From assembly GCA_963702845.1 (NCBI GenBank), contig OY969763.1:5312001-5376000 (forward strand): DNA of 64,000 nt, written 5' to 3'. Position numbers and translations under genes: made by a program. Source of the stretch: an uncultured Verrucomicrobiae bacterium (GTDB lineage Bacteria; Verrucomicrobiota; Verrucomicrobiia; Limisphaerales; Palsa-1400). This document shows, piece after piece, positions 9,849 through 20,216 of the stretch (position 1 is its first letter; each line of letters opens with the position of its first letter). Below the pieces are notes generated by a model. That model was not told where the DNA came from. It saw only the letters and a list, made by a program, of their open reading frames with translations, and ran no database searches.

Positions 9849-12800
9849 ATGAGTCTAGCGCGAACATTCATTTTGCGCAGCCTGCGTTTTCACGCGCGCA
9901 GCCACGCCGGCACGATGCTCGGCGTCGCGGTGGCTACGGCGGTGCTCGTCGGCGCGCTCGCGGTGGGCGACTCGATGCGGGAAAGCTTGCGTGAGCTGAA
10001 TCTGCAACGCATCGGCCAAACGGATTTCGCTCTGCCCGGCAAAGACCGGCTGTTTCGCGCAGAGTTGGCGCGCGACTTTTCAGACGCTCAAATTTCAGCG
10101 GCTCCAGTTTTGTTTCTTCCGGGCACGGCGAGTAATCCAGACGCCTCCGCCCGTGCCAATCATGTCCAAATCCTCGGTGTCGACGAACAGTTTTGGTCGA
10201 TGGCTCCGTCCCCGTCGAATTTGAAACTCGACGGCGTGATGTTGAATGCCGCGCTCGCCGAGCAATTGCGCATCAAAGCTGGCGATTCGATCGTCCTGCG
10301 CATTCACAAACCGTCACTGGTTTCCGGCGAGGCTCCTGTTTCGCCGCGCGAACAGACATCTGTTTCGTTGCGCGTCCCGGTTGCAGGGATCGTTCGTGGA
10401 GATCGTTTCGGCGCATTCGGTTTGCAGGCGAGTCAAACCACCCCACTGAACGTCTACTGTACCGCTCGCCACCTTGCAGGCGGCCATCGAGCAACCGGGC
10501 AAAGCGAACTTGCTGCTGGTCCATGCGCCATCGGCAACTGTTCCTGAACTAACATCCCGGTTGCAAAAAACCTGGCGGCTCGCCGACGCGGAGGTGTCCA
10601 CACGCGAAGTTCCGGGCGGTGCGGAATTGCGGACCGATCGCGTCTTCATTGATCCGCCGGTGGTTCAAACGGTTTTGAAAACCGTCACAAACGCACAACT
10701 CGTCTCGACATATTTCGTCAACGAGTTACGCGCAGGCACGAACAGCACGCCCTATTCGATGGTCGCTGGAATTGGTGAGCCGATCGTCCAGCGCGATACG
10801 GCGGGTGACGAAATAATCATCAATCAATGGCTCGCCGATGATTTACACGTGAAGGCGGGCGATGAGTTGCAACTGACTTACCTCGTCCTCGCGGATTCTC
10901 AACGACTCGAAGAAAAACATAATCGATTCAAGATCCGCCAAATTGTGCCGTTGGAAGGCGCTGCCGCAGACAAAACGTTAATGCCCGACTTCCCCGGAAT
11001 CGCCAAGGCGGAGAAGACCGAAAATTGGGACGCTGGTTTCGCCATCGACATGAAGAAGATTCGTCCGAAAGACGAAGTGTATTGGAAACAGTTTCGCGGC
11101 ACACCGAAGGCATTCGTTACGTTGAAAACTGCGCAGAACATGTGGGGCAATCGATTCGGCGATTTTACGGCCATCCGGTTTCCGACGAACGACGTGGCGG
11201 CTGTCTCGGCGGCGGTGACAAAAAACCTCCAACCGTCAGCGTTCGGGTTCGCTTTCGAACCGATCAGACAACGCGCTCTCAACGCCGCGTCGCAATCCGA
11301 AGATTTCGGACAACTGTTTCTCGCGTTTAGTTTTTTTCTGATTGTTGCCGCGCTTATTTTGATGGCGTTGTTGTTCCAATTCGGCTTGGAACAACGCGCC
11401 ACTGAAACAGGAACGCTGCTGGCGATTGGATGGCGTGCGCCACAGGTGCGGCGCTTTGTTTTGATTGAAGGCGTCTTCGTCGCAGTCATCGGTGCGATCC
11501 TTGGCGTCATCGGCGGTTTGGTTTATGCCAACGCAATTTTATACGGACTGAAAACAATCTGGCGCGGCGCAGTTGGAACGTCTGCGCTCCAATTTCATGT
11601 TTCGATTTTGACGATTGTCATCGGATTGTTCGCATCCGCCCTACTTGCGCTGCTAGTGATCTGGTTTGTGCTCAAACGACAATCGAAACGACCTGCGCGT
11701 GAACTCCTGGAGAGAGGTTCGGAAAACGAACTCGTGGTTGTCGAACAGAAGCGCGCTTGGTCGAAATGGATCGCGATCGGCTCGCTGGTCGCAGCTATTG
11801 CACTGATTGGAACGGCGCTGGCGCAAAAACAATCGTCGTCGGCCGAAACATTTTTTGGCAGCGGTGCGCTACTCTTGATCGCTGGGCTTGCGGCGGTCAT
11901 GGTTTGGCTGCGAAAGCTCGGGGCCGTGGCACATACCACAGCACTCGATGTGCGTTCATTGGCGGTCCGAAGTTGCGCGCGCCGACGAAAGCGCAGTCTG
12001 GCCACTATCACCCTGCTCGCTTGCGGCACGTTTTTGATTGTGGCAGTTGAGGCGAATAAGTTGAGCGCCAATTCCGAAACTGGACGATCTTCGGGCGTCG
12101 GCGGCTTTTTGCTCATCGGCGAATCGTCACTGCCAATCGTCCAGGATCTGAACACCAAAGCCGGACGCGAATTTTTCGGATTGGATGAAGCACCGATGCG
12201 CGACACTTCCGTCGTGCAACTGCGCGTGCGTGATGGTGACGACGCGAGCTGCCTCAATCTCAATCATCCGCAATCGCCGCGCATCCTCGGCGTGAATTCC
12301 AAGACCTTGGAACAATTGCACGCATTCACGTTCAGCAAGGCGCTGAAAGGTGTTCAGCCATCATGGGCTTTATTGCGCGGTCAGGACTACGCCGTCCCTG
12401 CTATCGCGGATGAGAATTCTCTCGAGTGGTCGCTGCACAAAAGCGTCGGCGACGTTTTGGATTACACGGACCAACGCGGGCGCCCGTTCAAAATCCGCAT
12501 CGTCGGCTCTATCGCCAATTCCATCCTCCAAGGCAATCTCATCATCGACGAATCAGAGTTCATCAAACATTTCCCGGACGAGAGCGGTTATCGAATGATC
12601 CTTATCGACACACCGTCGAATAATGCAGCAGCCGTTGCCACCGCCTTGTCCCGTGGACTCGAAGATCGCGGTCTCGAAGTCACCAGCACCACGCAACGGC
12701 TCGACGCCTATAACGCCGTGCAGAATACATATCTAAACACGTTTCAGATTTTGGGCGGGCTCGGCCTTTTGCTCGGAACCGCAGGGCTTGGGGTTGTTGT

Positions 12801-13107
12801 TTTGAGGAATGTTTTGGAACGCCGGGCTGAACTCGCGCTGTTTACAGCCGTCGGCCTGCGCAGGCGGGTCCTCCGCAAACTAATCATCATGGAACACGGC
12901 GCACTTTTGTTGGTTGGTCTCTTGATTGGCATAGCGGCCGCACTTGTCGCAATCGTGCCGGTATTGCGCGGACCGATGCAGCAGGTAAATTATCGTGGGC
13001 TGTCAATCACGCTCGCAGTCGTCTGCGTCAGCGGATTGATTTGGACGTGGGTCGCGGCGCGCATTGCGTTGCGAGGTGAATTGTTAAAGGCGTTGAGAAA
13101 CGAATGA
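9849..13107 (+). CDS. FtsX/MacB-type ABC transporter permease (duplicated domains); apparent +1 frameshift near 10458
   Basis: ORF 9717-10547 gives the N-terminus (GVAVATAVLVGALAVGDS) and ORF 10474-13107 the rest (EQRATETGTLLAIGW, ERRAELALFTAVG). Removing one T at about 10458 gives the continuous NVYVPLATLQAA. Confidence 0.85.
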
Positions 13108-13829
13108 GTATGAAAGTTCCAAGCTCCAACATCCAAGCTCCAGGGAAACTTCAAATCTCAAACTCCAAATGGCGCACTCCGATACTTGGTGCTCGGTCAT
13201 TGGTGCTTCTCTGGAGCTTGGTGCTTGGATCTTGGAGCTTCGCCTCCCCTGCTCCTCTCTACACCAACAATTTCGAATCCGCCGAACTCGACAAAGTCCC
13301 CGATGACATGCTCGTTCTCGATGGCGCGTTTGCGGTGAAGCAAGACGGCTCAAACAAATTCCTCGAACTTCCCGGTGCTCCGTTGGACACGTTCGGCGTG
13401 CTCTTTGGTCCGACGACGAATGCCAACGTCACTGTAACCGCAAAAATATTCGGCTCCGGCAAAGGCCGCCGTTACCCGACATTTGGAGTGGGCATCAACG
13501 GCGCTGGCGGTTACAAACTCAAAGTCGCGCCATCCAAGGACAAGCTGGAGTTGTATAAAGGCGACGACGTGCTTATGACTGCGCCGTTCAAATGGAAGAG
13601 CGGAACGTGGACAACGTTTCGTCTGCAAGTGCGGCCGGCTGATGCGGGACAATGGGTCGTGGAAGGCCGCGCCTGGGATAGCTCTGGCAAAGAACCCGAA
13701 AAGTGGGATATCAGCTACAACGAAACTAAAGAACCGCCCCCCGGCCGCGCGTCCGTCGCCGGAAGCCCTTACTCCGGCACGCCAATTCGATTCGACGACT
13801 TGTCGGTAACGGCAATCACGCAAAAATAG
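13104..13829 (+). CDS. Secreted hypothetical protein, probable beta-sandwich (ConA-like) fold
   Basis: ATGA overlap with the permease stop; hydrophobic signal-like segment, then beta-rich W/Y-containing sequence. Confidence 0.7.
   Translation: MSMKVPSSNIQAPGKLQISNSKWRTPILGARSLVLLWSLVLGSWSFASPAPLYTNNFESAELDKVPDDMLVLDGAFAVKQDGSNKFLELPGAPLDTFGVLFGPTTNANVTVTAKIFGSGKGRRYPTFGVGINGAGGYKLKVAPSKDKLELYKGDDVLMTAPFKWKSGTWTTFRLQVRPADAGQWVVEGRAWDSSGKEPEKWDISYNETKEPPPGRASVAGSPYSGTPIRFDDLSVTAITQK
13114..13240. repeat. Imperfect palindrome of heptamer repeats (CCAAGCT / AGCTTGG)
   Basis: Left arm AAGTTCCAAGCTCCAACATCCAAGCTCCAGGGAA pairs with right arm TTCTCTGGAGCTTGGTGCTTGGATCTTGGAGCTT. Confidence 0.85.
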
Positions 13830-13839
13830 CGGCCGCTCG

Positions 13840-14730
13840 CTAAAGCTCTTTGCCCGTCAGTTTGCGATACGCCTCCAAATACTTGTCGGTCGTTTTCGCG
13901 ACCACGTCCGACGGTAGCTTCGGTCCCGGCGGTTTCTTGTCCCAGGTGAGTGTTTCGAGATAGTCGCGCACGAATTGCTTGTCGAAACTCGGTTGACCGC
14001 GCCCTTCTTTATATTGGTCGGCGGGCCAGAACCGAGACGAATCAGGCGTGAGCACTTCGTCGATGAGGATAAGCTTACCGTTTTCCAAACCGAATTCGAA
14101 TTTCGTGTCGGCGATGATAATCCCGCGCTTGAGTGCGTATTCCACCGCGAACGAATAAATCTTCAGGCTCAAATCGCGCGCTTGTTCGGCGATGTCGCGC
14201 CCAGTGATTTTGCACGCTTCTTCAAACGAAATGTTCTCGTCGTGACCGGTTTCAGCTTTTGTTGCGGGTGTGAAAATAGGTTCCGGCAAACGGGACGATT
14301 CTTTCAAGCCAGCAGGCAAATTGATTCCGCAGATCGCGCCGGTTTTCTGATAATCCTTCCAACCCGAACCGCACAAGTAACCCCGCACGACACATTCAAT
14401 GGCCAGCGGCTGCGTCTTTTTCACGACCATGCTGCGACGTCCGAGTTGCGCGGAATAGTTTTGCAACTGCGCAGGCAACGGATCGTTCGCGCGAGAGACG
14501 AGATGGTTCGGCACGAGCTGCTCGGTTTGGGAAAACCAGAAGTAAGAAATTTGCGTGAGTACCTCGCCTTTGCGCGGGATGCCGTTGGGCATAATCACGT
14601 CGAAAGCAGAGATGCGATCGCTCGCAACGAAAAGGAGATTGGGGCCGAGGTCGAAGATTTCGCGGACCTTGCCACTGCGGACTTTCGGAATCCTTGGCAA
14701 ATCCAAGTTTAACAGCGGCTCGTTTGGCAT
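13840..14730 (-). CDS. purC: SAICAR synthetase
   Basis: [54 protein letters not shown]. Confidence 0.97.
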   Translation of the reverse strand: MPNEPLLNLDLPRIPKVRSGKVREIFDLGPNLLFVASDRISAFDVIMPNGIPRKGEVLTQISYFWFSQTEQLVPNHLVSRANDPLPAQLQNYSAQLGRRSMVVKKTQPLAIECVVRGYLCGSGWKDYQKTGAICGINLPAGLKESSRLPEPIFTPATKAETGHDENISFEEACKITGRDIAEQARDLSLKIYSFAVEYALKRGIIIADTKFEFGLENGKLILIDEVLTPDSSRFWPADQYKEGRGQPSFDKQFVRDYLETLTWDKKPPGPKLPSDVVAKTTDKYLEAYRKLTGKEL

Positions 14731-14820
14731 CACGCTTGAATAAACGCCTTACAGCCATTGTCAAGAACGCGGAGATTTTCCGTCGTGTTAAATCAGGGAA
14801 TTCATGTCTACATTGCTTCA

Positions 14821-15549
14821 GTGTCCGAGACTTTAGTCATCAACGAAATCTACATCAGCCTGCAGGGCGAAAGCACTTTTGCCGGGTTGCCGTGCATTTT
14901 TGTGCGGCTGACGGCCTGTAATTTGCGCTGCTCGTATTGCGATACAGCCTACGCGTTCAAAGAAGGTTCGAAGACGGCGCTCGGTGATGTGCTTGTGCGC
15001 ATCGACGATCTGGCGAAACCTTATGCCGAAAGAAAACCGCGCCTGCCAATGGTTGAACTCACTGGCGGCGAACCGCTGCTGCAAAAGGCGTCGCTGCCGT
15101 TGATGAAGGAATTGTGTGATCGCGGATTCACGGTATTGATTGAAACGAGCGGCGCGTTAGATATTTCGCAAGTTGACCCACGCGTTCATCGCATCATGGA
15201 TTTGAAATGTCCGAGCAGCGGCGAGGTGGAGCGCAATCGGTTTGAAAACATTCCTCAGTTGAAATCAACAGACGAAATCAAATTCGTCATCGGCACACAA
15301 CAGGATTACGACTGGGCCAAGGACCAACTCGCCAAATATAAATTGGCTGAAATTTGTCCGCTTCTTTTTTCCTGGGTCAGCCCCTTGCTGCCGCATCAGC
15401 AGGACAAAGCGTTGAAGCCGGTGCCGGCGAACCAAACTGCGATTTCCCGGCTTGAGCTCGTTGAGAAAATTGTCGCGGACGCGCTGCCGGTGCGTTTCCA
15501 ATTGCAGATGCACAAGTTCATTTGGCCGTCCGACCAAAAAGGCGTGTGA
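14821..15549 (+). CDS. queE: 7-carboxy-7-deazaguanine synthase (radical SAM)
   Basis: EIYISLQGE, FVRLTACNLRCSYCDT, TGGEPLLQ, RFQLQMHKFIW. Confidence 0.9.
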   Translation: MSETLVINEIYISLQGESTFAGLPCIFVRLTACNLRCSYCDTAYAFKEGSKTALGDVLVRIDDLAKPYAERKPRLPMVELTGGEPLLQKASLPLMKELCDRGFTVLIETSGALDISQVDPRVHRIMDLKCPSSGEVERNRFENIPQLKSTDEIKFVIGTQQDYDWAKDQLAKYKLAEICPLLFSWVSPLLPHQQDKALKPVPANQTAISRLELVEKIVADALPVRFQLQMHKFIWPSDQKGV

Positions 15550-15550
15550 C

Positions 15551-16831
15551 GTGAAGAGTAAAACACAACGCGTTCTCAATCTGCTCCGCGAGTTCGAATC
15601 GCCGAACGTCACGTTCATCGACCCCGAAGGCGGTTGGCCCATCGTGTGGGAACGCGCCCGCGGGACGTATGTGTGGGACGTCGAAGGAAAACGTTACCTC
15701 GATTTAACCGCGGCGTTCGGCGTTGCAGCTGCTGGCCATGCCAACCCGCGCGTGGTTGCAGCCGGTCAACGGCAAATGGCGAAACTCTCGCACGCTATGG
15801 GCGACGTTCATCCGCACGCGCTCAAGGCGCAACTCGCGCGCGAACTCAGTCGCATCACTTTCAAGCGATGGAATTCATCAGGCGCAAAAACAGTATTTAC
15901 CAACTCGGGTTTCGAAGCAGTCGAGGCGGCCCTGAAGACGGCCATGCTCGCCACCGGCAAGTCGGGTGTGATTGCGTTTCAGGACGCCTACCATGGACTC
16001 GGTTACGGCGCGCTCTCCGCAACCCATCGCGCCCATTTTCGTTCGCCATTCAAATCACAACTCGGCGGGTTCGGACACTTCGCTGCATTTCCAAAAACCA
16101 GCGCTGCATTGGCCGAGACCGAACGGCAGCTTCAAAAACTCTTTCGCTCGCGAAAAATCGGCGCGCTTTTGGTGGAACCAATTCAAGTCCGTGGCGGCGT
16201 GAATGTCCCTCCTGCCAGATTTCTGCCGATGTTGCGCAAGCTGTGCGATAGGCACAAAGCGTTGCTCGTGCTGGACGAGATTTACACCGGGTTCGGTCGC
16301 ACCGGAAGATGGTTCGCTTGCGAACACGCGCGCGTTGTTCCCGATATTATCTGCTTGGGCAAAGCGCTGACCGGTGGGTTTCCGCTCTCAGCCTGTGTTG
16401 GGCGCGCAGAAATGATGGATCGCGCGTGGCCCGTTTCGACCGGCGAAGCGATTCATACCAGCACGTTCCTTGGAAATCCCGTCGGCTGTGCGATGGCGCT
16501 GGCGCAGATTCAGGAGATTGAAAAGAAACGCTTAGTCGATCACAGCGCGAACGTCGGTGAATTCGCGCTGAAACTATTGCGATCGGAATTTCGCGATTTG
16601 AAAATTCGCGGCAAAGGTTTGCTCATCGGCCTCGAACTCACCAGGAACGACGGCTCTCCCGATACGAACCGGTCGCTCGCCGTGATCAAGCGCATGCTCG
16701 CGCGCGGGTTCGTTCTTTTACCCGAAGGCGAGCACGCCAACGTCATCAGCCTCACTCCACCACTAATTATTTCCGAAGCACAGATTCGCGCGACCGCGAC
16801 AGCGTTGCGCAAGGAATTGGAGATCGCCTGA
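15551..16831 (+). CDS. Class III PLP-dependent aminotransferase (GabT/ArgD-like)
   Basis: SGFEAVEAALK, AYHG, LDEIYTGFGRTG, PDIICLGKALTGG (PLP lysine), HTSTFLGNP. Confidence 0.92.
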   Translation: MKSKTQRVLNLLREFESPNVTFIDPEGGWPIVWERARGTYVWDVEGKRYLDLTAAFGVAAAGHANPRVVAAGQRQMAKLSHAMGDVHPHALKAQLARELSRITFKRWNSSGAKTVFTNSGFEAVEAALKTAMLATGKSGVIAFQDAYHGLGYGALSATHRAHFRSPFKSQLGGFGHFAAFPKTSAALAETERQLQKLFRSRKIGALLVEPIQVRGGVNVPPARFLPMLRKLCDRHKALLVLDEIYTGFGRTGRWFACEHARVVPDIICLGKALTGGFPLSACVGRAEMMDRAWPVSTGEAIHTSTFLGNPVGCAMALAQIQEIEKKRLVDHSANVGEFALKLLRSEFRDLKIRGKGLLIGLELTRNDGSPDTNRSLAVIKRMLARGFVLLPEGEHANVISLTPPLIISEAQIRATATALRKELEIA

Positions 16832-17655
16832 TGAAGTTATCGGAGATGAAATCCATTATCGCTGAGCACAACCTCACGCTGACCAAGTCGCTCGGGCAAA
16901 ACTTTCTCCACGATCGCAATCAGCTCATTCGCATCGCCGCTGCGGCTGAGTTGTCGAAAGCGGACAAAGTTCTGGAGATCGGTCCAGGGCTCGGACCGCT
17001 CACGGAATTATTGTTGGAACAATCCGGACATGTGCTCGCCATAGAAAAAGACCAGCGTCTGTTTCTGTTGTTGCAGCAGCGCTTTGGTGAAAACACTGCA
17101 ATCGAATTGCTCCACGCCGATGCATTGGACTATGTGAAAGAGCATCGTGAATGGGCCGGTTGGAAATTGGTTTCCAACCTCCCCTACTCTGTTGCCTCAC
17201 CCATCCTGGTCGAGTTGGCACAAGCTGCGAATCCTCCAGAGCGCATCGTCGCGACATTGCAGATTGAAGTCGCGCTACGGATTTGCGCGGAGCCCGACAC
17301 GGATCATTACGGTTTGCTGACGTTGCTGTTACAAGCGGTGTATGAACCGCGCGAATGGTTCAAGATTCCGGCCGTGTGTTTTTTTCCGTCGCCCGATGTG
17401 GATTCAGCATGCATCACCCTGGTGCGACGCCCGGAGCCATTGCTCACGCCCGAACAGCTCAAGCTCTTCACACGCATTGTGAAGCTGGCCTTCTCGCAAC
17501 GTCGCAAAATGATGCATAAACTGCTCAAGAGCCAATGGCCGGTCGAAAAGCTAACTGCCGCGCTGAACACGCTGGGCATTTCCCTCCAGATCCGCGCCGA
17601 AAAACTTTCGCTCCTGCAATTTGTCGAACTAACGAAACTTTTGACCGCGCCATGA
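16831..17655 (+). CDS. rsmA: 16S rRNA m6,2A1518/1519 dimethyltransferase
   Basis: KSLGQNFL, VLEIGPGLG, SNLPY, FFPSPDVDS, AFSQRRK. Confidence 0.96.
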   Translation: MKLSEMKSIIAEHNLTLTKSLGQNFLHDRNQLIRIAAAAELSKADKVLEIGPGLGPLTELLLEQSGHVLAIEKDQRLFLLLQQRFGENTAIELLHADALDYVKEHREWAGWKLVSNLPYSVASPILVELAQAANPPERIVATLQIEVALRICAEPDTDHYGLLTLLLQAVYEPREWFKIPAVCFFPSPDVDSACITLVRRPEPLLTPEQLKLFTRIVKLAFSQRRKMMHKLLKSQWPVEKLTAALNTLGISLQIRAEKLSLLQFVELTKLLTAP

Positions 17656-18161
17656 GCGAAGAGATTTTTGATATCGTTGATGATCGCGACCAGGTGATCG
17701 GTCAATGCCCGCGAAGCGAGGTGCATCGCGTCGGGCACAAACATCGCGCCATTCACGTGCTGGTGTTTAATTCGCGCGGTGAAGTGTTTTTGCAGAAACG
17801 CTCGATGAGCAAAGACACGCATCCCGGCGTGTGGGATTCGTCGTCGTCGGGGCACTTGGATTGCGGTGAAGATTACGATGCGTGCGCCATTCGCGAATTG
17901 CGCGAGGAAATCGGGCTCGTCATCGACAAGGCTCCGCAACGGTTGTTCAAGATCGACGCGTGCGTTAAAACCGGCCAGGAATTTGTCTGGGTCTATAAAC
18001 GCCATTCCGATGGACCATTCACGTTGCACCCTGAAGAGATTGAGCGCGGCGATTGGTTCAGTCCTGCTTACGTGACCGAATGGATCGCACGCGCTCCGCA
18101 GGACTTCGCACCGGCGTTTGTTTTGATTTGGCAATTACTGCACAAACTATTAGTGACGTAG
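17652..18161 (+). CDS. Nudix hydrolase (YfcD/Idi-like)
   Basis: ATGA overlap with rsmA; HRAIHVLVFN, LQKRS, Nudix box GEDYDACAIRELREEIG. Confidence 0.88.
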   Translation: MSEEIFDIVDDRDQVIGQCPRSEVHRVGHKHRAIHVLVFNSRGEVFLQKRSMSKDTHPGVWDSSSSGHLDCGEDYDACAIRELREEIGLVIDKAPQRLFKIDACVKTGQEFVWVYKRHSDGPFTLHPEEIERGDWFSPAYVTEWIARAPQDFAPAFVLIWQLLHKLLVT

Positions 18162-18203
18162 CTGCTCTACAACAAACTTGCTACCCAGCCCAGCGCATCA
18201 CCC

Positions 18204-20150
18204 TTACTGACAACCGCCATTTTCCGACTCTGTTTCAGCGGCAGGCGGCGGCCCCTGTTTCAGCCAAACCATCAGCAAACCGACGTCCGACGGCGTCACG
18301 CCCGAGATGCGCGAGGCCTGGCCTAGGGTGGCTGGCTGGATTTTGGCCAGCTTTTGGCGGGCTTCGGTGCGCAGGCTGGGGACTTTAGCGTAGTCGATCC
18401 AGTTAGGAATTTGCTTGTCTTCCAAGTTCTTTAGTTTAGCCACTTCACTTTCCTGCCGGACAATATAGCCTTCGTATTTGAGAGCGATCTCCACCTGCTC
18501 TACCACATCCAGCGGCAGATCGGTCCGGGCGCACGGCATGGTGGCGTAGGTCGATTCGGGCCGACGAAGAATTTGGGCCAGAGAATCTTGGCCGACGCGG
18601 GTCTTTTCCAGGCGATCCAACTCGGTCTCAAAAGCCTCTTTCTTAGCCACGAACGTCTTGTAATTCCGCGCGGGCAACAGGCCGAGGTCGTAACCGGTCT
18701 GGCTCAGGCGCATGTCGGCGTTGTCCTGGCGCAGGAGTAAGCGATACTCCGCGCGCGAGGTGAACATACGATAAGGCTCGACCGTCCCCTTGGTAACAAG
18801 ATCGTCGATGAGCACGCCTATATATGCTTCGTTGCGTCGGAGGATCATCGGATCCTTTTGCTGAACCCGGCGGGAAGCGTTGATGCCGGCAACGAGACCT
18901 TGCGCACCGGCTTCTTCGTAGCCGGAGGTGCCATTAATTTGGCCGGCCAAAAACAGGTTCCGGCAAACCTTAGTTTCCAACGACGAATGCAGTTGGGTAG
19001 GGAATGCGAAGTCGTATTCGACCGCGTACGCTGGGCGCATGATCTCGGCATTCTCACAACCAATGATCGTGCGGACCATGTCGTGTTGGACCTCGAACGG
19101 CAGGCAGGTCGAGAAACCGTTGACGTAAATTTCGTCGGTGGCGATGCCCTCCGGTTCCAGAAAAATTTGCTGCCGCTCCTTGTCCGGAAACTTCACGATT
19201 TTGTCTTCGATGGACGGACAATAGCGCGGGCCGACGCCTTCGATCACGCCGGAATACATCGGCGACTTGTGCAGGTTCTTGCGGATAATCTCGACCGTAG
19301 CATCGGTCGTATAAGTGATATAGCACGGGAGCTGACCATTGATTTGGTCAACGATCGAGCCGGGTGGATACTTGCGTTGGGGGACCGCCTGTTCCACATG
19401 GAACAACTGTGGCGGCTGCGGTTCACCCGATTGTTCCACGTGGAACAAATCGTCTTTCCAGTAAGTGAACCAGGGAACAGGATCGTCGCCCGGTTGCTCC
19501 TGCGTTCTAGAAAAATCGATGCTCTTGCGAACAAGGCGGGGTGGGGTGCCGGTCTTGAGTCGGCCGAGTTCCAAACCGAGTTCCGCCAGCGAACCAGACA
19601 ACCCCATCGCAGCCGCCTCCCCTGCCCGTCCGCCGGATTGCTGATTTTGGCCGATGTGCATCAGGCCACGCAAAAACGTCCCGGTCGTGATTACAACCGT
19701 GCTGGAATGATACTGCACTTCGAGCGTCGTCTCGACCCCATAAGCCTCACCATTCTTGTGCAGGATTTTGGCGGTCTGGCCCTGTTTGCAATCCAGATGT
19801 TCCTGACGTTCGCAAATCCATTTAAGTCGAAATTGGTATGCCTTCTTATCGCACTGTGCGCGCGGCGCCCAAACGGACGGACCCTTCTTGGTGTTCAGCA
19901 TCCGGAACTGCAGACCGGTCATGTCCGTTACTTTGCCCATCTCGCCACCCAAAGCGTCGATCTCGCGGGTGAGGTGGCCCTTGGCCAAACCGCCGATGGC
20001 CGGGTTGCACGACATCTGTCCGATGGTGTCGAGATTGGTGGTCAGGAGCAACGTCTCACAACCCATACGGGCGGCGGAGAGAGCGGCTTCGACCCCGGCA
20101 TGGCCGGCGCCAACGACGATAACATCATACTTTTTTGGATAGATAAACAT
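18204..20150 (-). CDS. mnmG: tRNA uridine-5-carboxymethylaminomethyl(34) synthesis enzyme MnmG (GidA)
   Basis: GAGHAGVEAA, MSCNPAIGG, RLKTGTPPR, GPRYCPSIEDK, GQINGTSGYEEA, YRMFTSRAEYRL. Confidence 0.98.
   Translation of the reverse strand: MFIYPKKYDVIVVGAGHAGVEAALSAARMGCETLLLTTNLDTIGQMSCNPAIGGLAKGHLTREIDALGGEMGKVTDMTGLQFRMLNTKKGPSVWAPRAQCDKKAYQFRLKWICERQEHLDCKQGQTAKILHKNGEAYGVETTLEVQYHSSTVVITTGTFLRGLMHIGQNQQSGGRAGEAAAMGLSGSLAELGLELGRLKTGTPPRLVRKSIDFSRTQEQPGDDPVPWFTYWKDDLFHVEQSGEPQPPQLFHVEQAVPQRKYPPGSIVDQINGQLPCYITYTTDATVEIIRKNLHKSPMYSGVIEGVGPRYCPSIEDKIVKFPDKERQQIFLEPEGIATDEIYVNGFSTCLPFEVQHDMVRTIIGCENAEIMRPAYAVEYDFAFPTQLHSSLETKVCRNLFLAGQINGTSGYEEAGAQGLVAGINASRRVQQKDPMILRRNEAYIGVLIDDLVTKGTVEPYRMFTSRAEYRLLLRQDNADMRLSQTGYDLGLLPARNYKTFVAKKEAFETELDRLEKTRVGQDSLAQILRRPESTYATMPCARTDLPLDVVEQVEIALKYEGYIVRQESEVAKLKNLEDKQIPNWIDYAKVPSLRTEARQKLAKIQPATLGQASRISGVTPSDVGLLMVWLKQGPPPAAETESENGGCQ
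19390..19405. other. parS site (one mismatch) inside mnmG
   Basis: TGTTCCACATGGAACA, compared with the parS palindrome TGTTCCACGTGGAACA. Confidence 0.8.
19432..19447. other. parS site (perfect palindrome) inside mnmG
   Basis: TGTTCCACGTGGAACA. Confidence 0.88.
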
Positions 20151-20189
20151 GTGCTAAAAACTAGAACGCCGGACGGCATCTGACAGAAT

Positions 20190-20205
20190 TGTTCCACGTG
20201 GAACA
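20190..20205. other. parS site (perfect palindrome) between pgi and mnmG
   Basis: TGTTCCACGTGGAACA within the 20-bp perfect palindrome ATTGTTCCACGTGGAACAAT. Confidence 0.9.
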
Positions 20206-20216
20206 ATGGATCGTGA

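Noticed and set aside
13114..13240. Heptamer repeats as a CRISPR array
   Set aside because: Units are 7 bp, tandem and degenerate, with no unique spacers and no cas genes.
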